This document shows, piece by piece, positions 39,456 through 48,888 of a stretch of DNA of 64,000 nt. A program made the position numbers and the translations under genes. The notes below the pieces were generated by a model. The model made no database searches and was not told where the DNA came from. It was given only the letters and a program-made list of their open reading frames with translations. Within the stretch, counting starts at the first letter, position 1; each line of letters begins with the position of its first letter. Source of the stretch: Candidatus Poribacteria bacterium (lineage in GTDB: Bacteria > Poribacteria > WGA-4E > WGA-3G); assembly GCA_965215265.1 (NCBI GenBank), contig OZ244048.1, positions 864,001-928,000 of the forward strand. Direction: 5' to 3'.

Positions 39456-39655
39456 GTTGAATTCTCCTTATTAGATATATCCAGTTGTTATCCGCAGTTC
39501 TTTCTTTTTCTTTAGTGTCCGCGTCCGGACAGAGCGTCGATGGACACAGCGGGGTGTTAGCGGGGTCTTCTTCTGCATGGAGAACCGTGCCGCGTCGCGG
39601 TTGGAAATAGACAGAGACGTTGCCGCTGCCATTTTCAGGCAGTAGAACGATTTGC

Positions 39656-39684
39656 ACGTTATCAAAAATCACACGTCTTGTCAA
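39656..39684 (-). promoter_or_regulatory. Sigma70-type promoter of cassette 1 (identical copy in cassette 2)
   Basis: Minus strand TTGACA-17 bp-TAACGT with an extended TG. Confidence 0.6.
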
Positions 39685-40019
39685 GCAGAAACTGATGGCA
39701 GGCTTGCTTGCCGTTTGCATGATTGGCTGTGGTGATGTCAATCCCCACGAGCCCTATTGGCGGAATTGGCGGCCTATCATTTTCGTCTCAGCACCGGTCG
39801 GCGGCTACCTCCACGTAAATCGGAAGTTTTTACCAAAGGAGATACAGCCCCCCTATGGAAACAGATCGGCTTATTGTTGTGTGCCGGATTCTATTCAATC
39901 TTCGGCACAATCACGGTTTACCAAAAAGTCCTTGTGCCTTATATCTTCGCCCTGTAAAAAAAACTACTGATGAAGACGTTCGGCGCGAACATTCTTTCTC
40001 TCATCATAAAAATAAACCG

Positions 40020-40909
40020 CCTTAAGGTTTGTTGCGGTAATGTGCATCTAACTCTTGTTGGATGTGTTCTCTTTCCACTTTCACTTCCCAGTCTGCAATC
40101 CTGCGTGCTTCTCGGGAAGCCAGGATGTCCCGCGCATCTGCGGCAATCTGCTCGGGTGTCTTTAGCGTGGCATTGGCTTTATAGTTGGCTAAGTCATTGA
40201 AAAAGCGCTCGACTTTGTCGGCAGGCATCGTTTTCAACGCCTCCGCCCGTGCATATTTGAGTTGTTCGTCGGACAGGAGCACATAAGCATCCAGCATGGC
40301 TTCAGGTTTCGCATCCGCAGATGCAGTAGTGGCTCTAGCAAGTGCTTCTGATTTCTTTGCAGCGGCTATCAGCCTTTTATCCAACGCTTTTAGCTGCAGT
40401 TCCCATTCGTATGCATCTTGCGCTGCGCGGTCCTTCCGCACGAGCGCCTTGTCAGCGGGTTTGCGGTTTCTTGCTCGACACCGCACTTCCCATCTGACTT
40501 CGATTGCCTCTCGATGCCTTTCTTCGCGGCGGATGTCCTCTTGTCTTTCTCGCCGTTCTCGCCGTTCTTCTGCCCACTGACGTTCGAAGAACAAGGATGT
40601 CGGAATAAGTACGGCAAGCAAGGCTGTAAAGTAGACTATAAATCCGAGTATCCCACGCTTGGTAAAGAGGTTGATGAACATGTTGAATTCTCCTTATCAG
40701 ATATATCCAGTTGTTGTTATCCCCACTTCTTTCTTTTTCTTTAGTGTCCGCGTCCGGACAGAGCGTCGATGGACACAGCGGGGTGTTCTTCTGCATGGAG
40801 AACCGTGCCGCGTCGCGGTTGGAAATAGACAGAGACGTTGCCGCTGCCATTTTCAGGCAGTAGAACGATTTGCACGTTATCAAAAATCACACGTCTTGTC
40901 AAGCAGAAA
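40020..40909 (-). repeat. Cassette duplication, copy 2
   Basis: Homologous to 38812-39691. Confidence 0.95.
40022..40681 (-). CDS. Membrane-anchored coiled-coil protein, paralog 2
   Basis: C-terminal ~145 aa almost identical to paralog 1; N-terminus diverged. Confidence 0.8.
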   Translation of the reverse strand: MFINLFTKRGILGFIVYFTALLAVLIPTSLFFERQWAEERRERRERQEDIRREERHREAIEVRWEVRCRARNRKPADKALVRKDRAAQDAYEWELQLKALDKRLIAAAKKSEALARATTASADAKPEAMLDAYVLLSDEQLKYARAEALKTMPADKVERFFNDLANYKANATLKTPEQIAADARDILASREARRIADWEVKVEREHIQQELDAHYRNKP

Positions 40910-40961
40910 GAGTGCCTTAAAAATTTGGATTCTTCTAGCAGTATAATAATCGATATAGAAC

Positions 40962-40990
40962 TTGCATTCTCCGTCGACATATTGTATAAT
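40962..40990 (+). promoter_or_regulatory. Sigma70-type promoter upstream of the RM gene
   Basis: TTGCAT-17 bp-TATAAT. Confidence 0.6.
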
Positions 40991-41434
40991 AATTGGGATA
41001 TTTCTCCCACAGCATCGGACACCGGAAAATCAGTGCTTATGAACGGCTGGACAGACACATATCTTCTTAGACAACCACGAAAATCGGTGGCACCTACCGA
41101 TACCCGAGCTCCGTTTGGGACATTTACGCGCGTTGCTGCTGCGAAGTTGCGGCGCTCCCAAATAACGATTTACCCCCCCCCTTAACTATACAGAAGTTAA
41201 GTTCCTTTACCGCGAAAGCAGCACCGAACGCCATCTGCACCCGCACGGCCTCGTGCACATACGCACACCCACTCCCACAACCGCGTTCGTTCCTCACTCT
41301 CTTGCTCCACACAGCCACAGAACTCGACTCCCTAGTCGCTCCTCATATTCTCCGAAACCCGTTAACGCCACCACTTCAACACGGGAACGCGCCACAAACA
41401 ACCCATACCCCCTCTTTGAAAATAGGAGCCTGAT

Positions 41435-44400
41435 ATGACACAACTGACGCAATCCTACTTTACCCCCCACAGTGCTAATAGCCAAAACAATCCTGACTTC
41501 CAAAACGTCTTGGACTACATCCGCGAAGCCGCTCAATCTGAGTCTCACAAAGGCGAACTTTTCGAACGCCTGATGCTCACATACTTCAGCGAGGACCCGG
41601 ACTATAAGCAACAATTCTCCGAAGTCTGGCGCTGGAAAGACTGGGCAGCCCGCCGCACAGACTTCGATAGAAACGATATCGGCATAGACATCGTCGCAAA
41701 GCAACGGGAGGGCGGCTATTGTGCTATCCAATGTAAGTGTTATGCCGAAACCACCCGACTCTCAAAACCACACATAGATTCTTTTCTCGCCGCCTCGGCA
41801 AGCGAGCTCTTCACTTCACGGATTATTGTCAATACCGGGGGCGGGTGGGGAAAGAACGCCCTCCGCACCATAGAACCGATAAAGGACAAGCTCCGCATCC
41901 TGAACTTCCGCGAACTTGAAAGCAGTCACTTCAAGTGGCCAGACTTACGCCTGGAGGCACCCGAGCAGCTCACCTACCAACAGAGACGGTTCAACCTGAA
42001 GCCGCATCAAAAAGCGGCGCTGGAGAAAGTGATGGCAGGTTTCAAACAAGCCGCCCGGGGCAAGTTGATTATGGCGTGCGGCACGGGCAAAACCTTCACC
42101 GCCCTCCGAATCGCAGAGCAGCTGGCCGGCATCGGCGGGAGGGTCCTCTATCTGGTGCCGTCTATCGGGCTCCTCTCACAAGTGATGCGCGAGTGGTCAG
42201 AACAGCGCGGCATCCCGCATAGCTACATCGGCATCTGCTCCGATACCCGTGCCGGGAATACAGCCGAAGATGCGTCCATTCTGGAACTCAAAATCCCTGT
42301 CACCACAAACCCTTCAGCCATCTCCCACACCTTGAAAACCCTGGATACGGATAAAATGAGCGTTGTCTTCTGCACCTATCACTCACTCCCACTTGTAGAG
42401 CAAGCCCAGGGAGCCGGTGGGGCACCGCCGTTTGATATTATCTTCTGTGACGAGGCACACAGAACAACCGGGGTGGAGCAGCCAGACGGGCAGCTCTCCC
42501 CTTTCGTTCTGGTACACGATGAGACTCGCATCCGTGCTACCAAACGACTCTATATGACAGCCACCCCAAAGATTTACACCGAAGCGGTGAAAACCAAAGT
42601 CGCAAACTATAAACGAGACGTGTTCTCTATGGACGACACCGAGAAATACGGACGTGAATTCTACCATCTCCCGTTTTCCAAAGCGGTTGAGATAGGAGAG
42701 CTCGCCGACTACAAGGTCGTTGTGCTCGGTGTAGCGGAAGGGGGTGTCAATGCCGCTTTGAGGGGTGAGACTGGCCCCGTCAGCAATGAGCTGAACGTTA
42801 ACGATGCCACAAAGATTGTGGGCTGCTGGCGTGCGCTACAAAACCCAGAGAACAAGGTGCTCGGCGAAGACTCAATCAAACCGCTAAAACGCGTCATCGC
42901 CTTCACCGACACCATTAGAGCATCAAAGGCACTGGTTAAAAACTGGAATTCAGTTATTGAGCGTGCGGTTGAACACTTACCGGAAGAACAATACCTAGAG
43001 GATTTCCGGTGCGAAACGCAGCACGTGGATGGAACGGAGCACGCCTTGAACCGGAAAGCGTGCCTGGATTGGTTAAAAGGGAGTGAAGAGGGCACTTGCC
43101 GCATACTCTCCAACGTGCGCTGCCTCTCCGAAGGCATTGATGTGCCGGCACTCGATGCGGTAATCTTTATCACTCCACGCAACTCGCAGATTGATATCGT
43201 TCAGGCAGTCGGGCGCGTGATGAGGAAAGCGAAGGATAAGGAGTTCGGTTACATCGTGCTGCCCGTGGCTATCCCAGCAAGTCAGGACGCCGCCGCCGCG
43301 CTAGATGACAATCAACGATTCGCCAACGTCTGGGGCGTGCTGCGTGCCCTCCGTTCGCACGACGATAGATTGGACGCTGAAATCAATAGCATAGATCTGA
43401 ACAAAAGACTCCCTGACAGGCTCATCTTCGGCAAGAGTGGAGAGAGTGAGGCTGGAGCCAGTGTGCCGCGTGCCGACTCAGATGTGCAGCAGCTGCTAAT
43501 GCCGATGGATATTCCTATCAGTGCAATCCTCCCAAAAATTGTAGAGAAATGCGGCGATAAGAAATACTGGGAAAATTGGGCAAAGGATGTCGCCGTTATT
43601 TTCGGCAGGCTTGTTGGGCGTATAGAAAACCTGTTGGAGAATCCCGCAAATACGGCACTTCGTGAATGGTTCGATGCCTTCCATACAGAGTTGAAACACT
43701 CAATAAACGACACAATCACGCGGAGCCATGCCATAGATATGATGGCACAGCACATCTTGACACGCCCTGTTTTTGAAGCACTCTTTGAGCATTACGACTT
43801 CGCCGCCAGCAACCCTGTCTCGAGGGCCCTGAACGCCCTTCAAGCCGATTTCTCAGAATTCGGACTGGAGGACGAAACACGCGATTTAGCCCGTTTCTAC
43901 GAAAGCGTCCAACTCCGTGCACGCGGTATAGACAACAGCGAAGGCAAACAACGCGTTCTGTTGGAACTTTACGAGAAATTCTTCGCCACCGCTCTGGAGA
44001 AAGACGCACAACGCCTCGGTATCGTCTACACACCGATTGAAGTTGTGGACTTCATTCTGCACAGTGCCGAGGAGGTGTTGCGAGATGAATTTGGACGATG
44101 CCTCAGCGATGAAGGAGTGCATCTGCTGGATGCGTTTACGGGCACCGGCATCTTTCCCGTCCGACTGTTACAATCTGGGCTTATCCACCCGTCTGACCTG
44201 GGGCGCAAGTTCCGCGAGGAACTCCACGCCAATGAAATCGTGCTGCTCGCCTACTACATCGCCGCCGTGAATATAGAAGAAGCGTTCCGCGGAAGACGCG
44301 GAGAAGACAGCCCCTACGAACCCTTTAAGGGCATCGTGCTGACAGATACATTCAACCTGAACAAACAAGAAAGCGCGACACTTTTCCCCAAGGAATGGCT

Positions 44401-46255
44401 GCCTGACAACAACGAACGTGCCGAACGGCAACAGAAACTCCCGATCCAGGTTATCGTCGGCAATCCACCCTGGTCAATGGGACAGCGGAGTGCCGCAGAC
44501 AACAACCCTAACGTCGATTATCCTAAACTTAAAGAACGCATTAAAGAAACCTATGCTGAATATGCTTTAGGAAACAATAAGAATAGTCTATACGACACAT
44601 ACAAGTTAGCAATCCGCTGGGCATCTGATAGGCTGGATGAAGGCGTTATCGCCTTCGTCACCAACGGCTCATGGATTGATGGGAACGTTGATTCGGGTGT
44701 CCGCGCCTGTTTCGCAGAAGAGTTTAGTTCCATCCACGTCCTAAACCTGCGAGGGAATGCAAGAACATCCGGGGAACGGAGACGTGCCGAAGGAGATAAC
44801 GTGTTCGGTCAAGGCTCACGGGCCCCTGTCGCTATTACAATCCTTGTCAAAAACCCAAACGCCTCCCATGACGGCTGCCGCATCCACTACCGTGACATCG
44901 GCGACTATCTCACCCGTGAGGAAAAACTGGACGCACTCCGCGAGGCGGTATCTATAAAAGGGTTCAACGACTGGCAGATAATTACGTCTAATGCCCACCA
45001 CGATTGGATTGAGCAGCGCAGTGAAGCGTTTAGTAAATTTTATCCGATGGGGACAAAGCAGGCAAAAGCAGGAAAAGCAGACGATGCGATATTTAGGCTG
45101 TATTCGCGAGGATACGGCACAGGCAGAGATGTTTACATTTACAATTTCTCCTACGATGCTTGTGCCAAGAACGCCAAGCGAATGACACAGGAGTATCTCA
45201 ATGCCATTGCCGAACTTGATGAAAATCCTGAACTTACGGTGGATGAAGTAACCCTACTGCACAACTCACATATTAAGTGGGGCGGAGATCTTAAGAAGAA
45301 ACTGGAACGAAGAAAAATTGCCGAGTTTAAGGAAAGCTACATCCGGAAAGTCATGTATCGCCCTTTCGTTGCCACGAATTGTTACGCCGATTATACATTT
45401 GCACAAGAAAACATGGGACAAATTTTCTTGAACATTTCCAACGAAAACCGAGTGATATGCGTCCCTGGTATTGGAACTAAAAAACCATTTTCTGCCCTTA
45501 TGACAGATACGATGCCAGATCTCGGTTTAAACAGTGCATCACAATGCTTCCCGCGGTGGCAATATCCCGAACCGTCCGATAAACCAGACGCGTCTGACTC
45601 ATTTCTCCGTGCTGACGATTCACCCAAACGGATTGACAATATCTCAGACACCGCATTGCACGCGTTTCGGAACCACTATAGCGACAACTCAATCACGAAA
45701 GACGACATCTTCGACTACGTTTACGGGCTCCTCCACGCACCCAGTTATCGAGAACAATTTGCCAACGACTTGTCCAAGATGTTACCACGCATCCCATTCG
45801 CACCTGAATTCCGCACTTTTGCAAAAGCAGGAAACCGCCTTGCCGAACTCCACCTCAATTACGAGACAGGCGAACGATACCCAGACCTAACAGTTGAACC
45901 CCGGACACCTTCCTTATTTTGGGAAGAAAAACCGGCGCATTTTCTATTAGGGGCGCGAGCCATGCGTTTCACTGATAAAGAAATGAAAACGACACTTATC
46001 ATCAATGAACACGTCCAATTATCTGGGATCCCGGAAGAAGCGCATCGTTACGTGGTCAACGGCAGAACACCCTTGGAATGGTTTATCGACCGTTACAAAA
46101 CCCAGAAAGACAAGGAGAGTGGCATTGTCAACGACCCGAACGGCTGGTTTGAGCATCCGCGGGATCTTATCACAGCGATAGAGCGTATCGTCTATGTAAG
46201 CGTAGAATCGGCGAAAATGATTGAGAGTTTGCCCACGCGGCTAACCGACGAATAA
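41435..46255 (+). CDS. Type ISP restriction-modification enzyme (LlaGI/LlaBIII-like)
   Basis: Mrr-like nuclease (KGELFE, DIGID, AIQCK), SF2 helicase (MACGTGKT, DEAHRT, LSEGIDVPALD, QAVGRVMRK), N6-MTase (LDAFTGTG, GNPPW) and C-terminal TRD (YRPF, DDIFDYVYGLLH, LPRIP). Confidence 0.95.
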   Translation: MTQLTQSYFTPHSANSQNNPDFQNVLDYIREAAQSESHKGELFERLMLTYFSEDPDYKQQFSEVWRWKDWAARRTDFDRNDIGIDIVAKQREGGYCAIQCKCYAETTRLSKPHIDSFLAASASELFTSRIIVNTGGGWGKNALRTIEPIKDKLRILNFRELESSHFKWPDLRLEAPEQLTYQQRRFNLKPHQKAALEKVMAGFKQAARGKLIMACGTGKTFTALRIAEQLAGIGGRVLYLVPSIGLLSQVMREWSEQRGIPHSYIGICSDTRAGNTAEDASILELKIPVTTNPSAISHTLKTLDTDKMSVVFCTYHSLPLVEQAQGAGGAPPFDIIFCDEAHRTTGVEQPDGQLSPFVLVHDETRIRATKRLYMTATPKIYTEAVKTKVANYKRDVFSMDDTEKYGREFYHLPFSKAVEIGELADYKVVVLGVAEGGVNAALRGETGPVSNELNVNDATKIVGCWRALQNPENKVLGEDSIKPLKRVIAFTDTIRASKALVKNWNSVIERAVEHLPEEQYLEDFRCETQHVDGTEHALNRKACLDWLKGSEEGTCRILSNVRCLSEGIDVPALDAVIFITPRNSQIDIVQAVGRVMRKAKDKEFGYIVLPVAIPASQDAAAALDDNQRFANVWGVLRALRSHDDRLDAEINSIDLNKRLPDRLIFGKSGESEAGASVPRADSDVQQLLMPMDIPISAILPKIVEKCGDKKYWENWAKDVAVIFGRLVGRIENLLENPANTALREWFDAFHTELKHSINDTITRSHAIDMMAQHILTRPVFEALFEHYDFAASNPVSRALNALQADFSEFGLEDETRDLARFYESVQLRARGIDNSEGKQRVLLELYEKFFATALEKDAQRLGIVYTPIEVVDFILHSAEEVLRDEFGRCLSDEGVHLLDAFTGTGIFPVRLLQSGLIHPSDLGRKFREELHANEIVLLAYYIAAVNIEEAFRGRRGEDSPYEPFKGIVLTDTFNLNKQESATLFPKEWLPDNNERAERQQKLPIQVIVGNPPWSMGQRSAADNNPNVDYPKLKERIKETYAEYALGNNKNSLYDTYKLAIRWASDRLDEGVIAFVTNGSWIDGNVDSGVRACFAEEFSSIHVLNLRGNARTSGERRRAEGDNVFGQGSRAPVAITILVKNPNASHDGCRIHYRDIGDYLTREEKLDALREAVSIKGFNDWQIITSNAHHDWIEQRSEAFSKFYPMGTKQAKAGKADDAIFRLYSRGYGTGRDVYIYNFSYDACAKNAKRMTQEYLNAIAELDENPELTVDEVTLLHNSHIKWGGDLKKKLERRKIAEFKESYIRKVMYRPFVATNCYADYTFAQENMGQIFLNISNENRVICVPGIGTKKPFSALMTDTMPDLGLNSASQCFPRWQYPEPSDKPDASDSFLRADDSPKRIDNISDTALHAFRNHYSDNSITKDDIFDYVYGLLHAPSYREQFANDLSKMLPRIPFAPEFRTFAKAGNRLAELHLNYETGERYPDLTVEPRTPSLFWEEKPAHFLLGARAMRFTDKEMKTTLIINEHVQLSGIPEEAHRYVVNGRTPLEWFIDRYKTQKDKESGIVNDPNGWFEHPRDLITAIERIVYVSVESAKMIESLPTRLTDE

Positions 46256-46519
46256 GTGAACTATCTACTAATTAGGGATTATTTCTCTCTTCAATAGTTT
46301 TTTTTAATGAAACTTGCGATAATTACTTTACTGCTTTTAACCCTCATTAATGTGAAAAAGCACTTTGATAAATAAAGGGTTTACCGCTTGTTTAAAAGTG
46401 TGAAATCTGCTATGATATACGGAGTTAAAAAGGGAGGCTGGAGCCCTTTTGGTAAAAAGCGGCGTTGCTTTTCACAGACGACTGCCAATGACTTGCCGCA
46501 GCAAAAGAGAGAAAAGCGA

Positions 46520-46630
46520 GAGATTTAGAGAAGAAGCGTATACCGTGAATAAAATCGGAAAAAGCGAGAAGAACTTGCCAGGGAACCATTACCGGAAGAG
46601 CAATACCGAACTGTTGTCATTGCCCCCTGT
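46520..46630 (+). pseudogene. Possible MT-A70-like methyltransferase fragment
   Basis: NRKKREELAREPLPEEQYRTVVIAP resembles the LP..KY.TIVIDPPW start of MT-A70 domains. It is preceded by an in-frame stop and truncated. Confidence 0.35.
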
Positions 46631-46652
46631 GTCCCGAATTTGAGAGCTCTGC

Positions 46653-46780
46653 ATGTCGATTACAAAACGTTAGTCCCGTCCTTTCTCATTGCGGCGGCGT
46701 TGTTGTTAGGGGTGGAAATTCTGTTGAGTCACACGGTTCTCCGGAAAATTCCGTAGCGAACGGACGCTTTTATCCTATTT
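46653..46780 (+). repeat. Direct repeat A, copy 2 (orphan vWA 3' end)
   Basis: Encodes VDYKTLVPSFLIAAALLLGVEILLSHTVLRKIP*. Confidence 0.95.
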
Positions 46781-46799
46781 GCGCGATACCGAAATGAGG

Positions 46800-46894
46800 G
46801 CGGGATTCATGAAAATATAACGCCTTGCACAAATTATACAAGGTATCGTCAACACAAATACAAGAGGCATGTTTTATGAAAAAAGAGAAGGCGA
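46800..46894 (+). repeat. Direct repeat B, copy 2
   Basis: Continues into the intact lipoprotein gene. Confidence 0.95.
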
Positions 46895-47535
46895 TGCAAA
46901 TTGCTACTGTTTTTATTTTCTGTAGTTCGATCGCCGGTTGTATTAACACATTGGAAAATTCGCTCACTGCACCTCCACACTTTAGGAAAGTCTGGTGGGG
47001 CAGTACGAAAGCATCGGTGCTAACAAAAGAAAAAGGAAAGCGAATCCACGTGAACACCGGCGGGTCATTGGTGTACAAAACCCGGTACGGTTCTGTTCCT
47101 ACCCTGCTCGTCTATTGCTTTGGCAGCCATAACGGGATTTATCGCCTGCGTGCAGCGGGATATCTAACGGCACAGCCTGCGGTGATAGCCGACCCGGATA
47201 GTGTGTTCCGTCGAAATTTCCTTGAGGAACTGGGGGAACCGAGCGAAACCTTTGCAGACGGCGGCATGGTTTGGAAAGATGCCGAGACTGTCATTTACAC
47301 CAATTCCTACGAGGTAGCATCTACTAATAGCAACTTTCTTGCAAGGAGCAGCCCGGGGTTAATTATTCCAATACCACGACGGCAGCGCCAGGTCGGCTGG
47401 TATCTCATAGCAGGTTACATTGATAGGAGATTCTACGACGGATTACAAGAATTCAAGACGGAGGAGGCACTTCAGGCAGAATTGTCCTATTATGAAGAAA
47501 TTTTCTTTGGAATGTTCCTCAATTTGCAACGGTAG
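46876..47535 (+). CDS. Putative lipoprotein
   Basis: MKKEKA...IFCSSIAGC lipobox and FRKVWWG motif. Confidence 0.7.
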   Translation: MKKEKAMQIATVFIFCSSIAGCINTLENSLTAPPHFRKVWWGSTKASVLTKEKGKRIHVNTGGSLVYKTRYGSVPTLLVYCFGSHNGIYRLRAAGYLTAQPAVIADPDSVFRRNFLEELGEPSETFADGGMVWKDAETVIYTNSYEVASTNSNFLARSSPGLIIPIPRRQRQVGWYLIAGYIDRRFYDGLQEFKTEEALQAELSYYEEIFFGMFLNLQR

Positions 47536-47626
47536 CCTAAATTGAATCTAAACATCAGGAGCCTCCGACGAGATTTACACACGAGCTATCAGAGCAGGAG
47601 CGTTGATGGTACGGAGATATATAAAA
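47536..47626 (-). repeat. R1 unit (reverse)
   Basis: CTCCGACGAGATTTACACACG...CGTTGATGGTACGGAGATATATAAAA. Confidence 0.85.
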
Positions 47627-47726
47627 GAATGTAGCAACACTCTCTATTTTCTGTAAAAAGTAGAACCAGGGATTGTATCATAACAGTGAAATCATAAGAT
47701 TCTTGAAAGGACAAAGAGGAGTCAAG

Positions 47727-48488
47727 ATGAAAAATATTATTGCTTGTAATTTAGGGAGTTATAGACAGTTTCGCGAGGCTGCCTATCCACATTTGGCGGA
47801 AATCGGTCTAACGAATGTAGAGATCGGTGTGCCGGCGGTTGAGGCTGTGGATGAGGTCACTGCGGATTTGGAAGCACACGGATTAACTGCGACGAGCCTT
47901 TTGGGGCGTTGTGATGTCCAGTCTGAGACGGTTGTTTCGGATTTCCAAGGGACGTTGGATATCGCGAAGAAAATGGATGTCAAAATTATCTTTGTCAGTG
48001 TTCACGCAGGCGATGCCGACCGGGGAACGGTGTATGAGCGGCTGCGCGCAATCGGTGAAAATGCGGCACCCTTAGGGATTAAGGTTTGTCTGGAGACACA
48101 CCCCGATATGGCACACAACGGGGATATCGCCCTTGAGACGATGGAAGCTGTCGGACATCCGAACATCTGTGTCAATTTTGACACCGGCAATGTCTATTAT
48201 TATAACCACAACGTGACGGCTGTTTCGGAGGTTCAGAAGGTTCTCCCGCATGTCGGGGCGGTTCATCTGAAGGATACGAACGGGGGATATCGGACATGGC
48301 ATTTCCCGACACTTGGCGAAGGTGTCGTCGATTTCAAAGCAGTTTTCCAGACGTTGAACGATGTAGGTTTCTACGGGCCCTTCACGATGGAATTGGAAGG
48401 AATTGAAGGCGAAAAACTTGATGAAGCGGGTGTGAAAGCACGTGTCGCGGGTTCGCTGGAACACCTGAAAAATATCGGAGTGATATAA
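47727..48488 (+). CDS. Sugar phosphate isomerase/epimerase (xylose isomerase-like TIM barrel)
   Basis: CLETH, NFDTGN, VHLKD, LGEGVVDF and FTMELE motifs. Confidence 0.9.
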   Translation: MKNIIACNLGSYRQFREAAYPHLAEIGLTNVEIGVPAVEAVDEVTADLEAHGLTATSLLGRCDVQSETVVSDFQGTLDIAKKMDVKIIFVSVHAGDADRGTVYERLRAIGENAAPLGIKVCLETHPDMAHNGDIALETMEAVGHPNICVNFDTGNVYYYNHNVTAVSEVQKVLPHVGAVHLKDTNGGYRTWHFPTLGEGVVDFKAVFQTLNDVGFYGPFTMELEGIEGEKLDEAGVKARVAGSLEHLKNIGVI

Positions 48489-48874
48489 TGCACACGCGGC
48501 TATGTATTATCAGACTGGATGAAGGTGAACGGGTTGAAGATACGCTCGGGGCGGTATTGGATACACCTGATATGACGACGATGGGTCCTTTCACAGTATC
48601 CAAGGAACATCCTACCGAACTTCACTATCACGATTACGATGAATATTGGTATTTTACCGAAGGGACAACGACGGTGACGCTGCGAACGGCTGATGGGCAG
48701 TGCGAATCCTATCGCGTCGGTACCGGCGATTTGGTCGTCACGCCGAAGGGCGTTGAGCACGGGCATATCCCGGACGATGTCGTCAAAGGGGTGCAGTGGG
48801 TGAGTGTAATTCATCCGGAGGCACGACGAGGGCATTTGCATCGAGAATTCGCATCCATAGACAGCCGCGGCTAA
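48488..48874 (+). CDS. Cupin domain protein
   Basis: HYHDYDEYW and TPKGVEH motifs; start overlaps the upstream stop. Confidence 0.85.
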   Translation: MHTRLCIIRLDEGERVEDTLGAVLDTPDMTTMGPFTVSKEHPTELHYHDYDEYWYFTEGTTTVTLRTADGQCESYRVGTGDLVVTPKGVEHGHIPDDVVKGVQWVSVIHPEARRGHLHREFASIDSRG

Positions 48875-48888
48875 AGGAAGGGGAAACC

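Larger units (their letters stand above)
38812..39691 (-). repeat. Cassette duplication, copy 1 (promoter + leader + gene)
   Basis: Homologous to 40020-40909. Confidence 0.95.

Noticed and set aside
37205-46780. Repeat A or the cassette pair as DGR template and variable regions
   Set aside because: Mismatches are not restricted to adenines, the cassette differences include indels, and there is no reverse transcriptase in the window.
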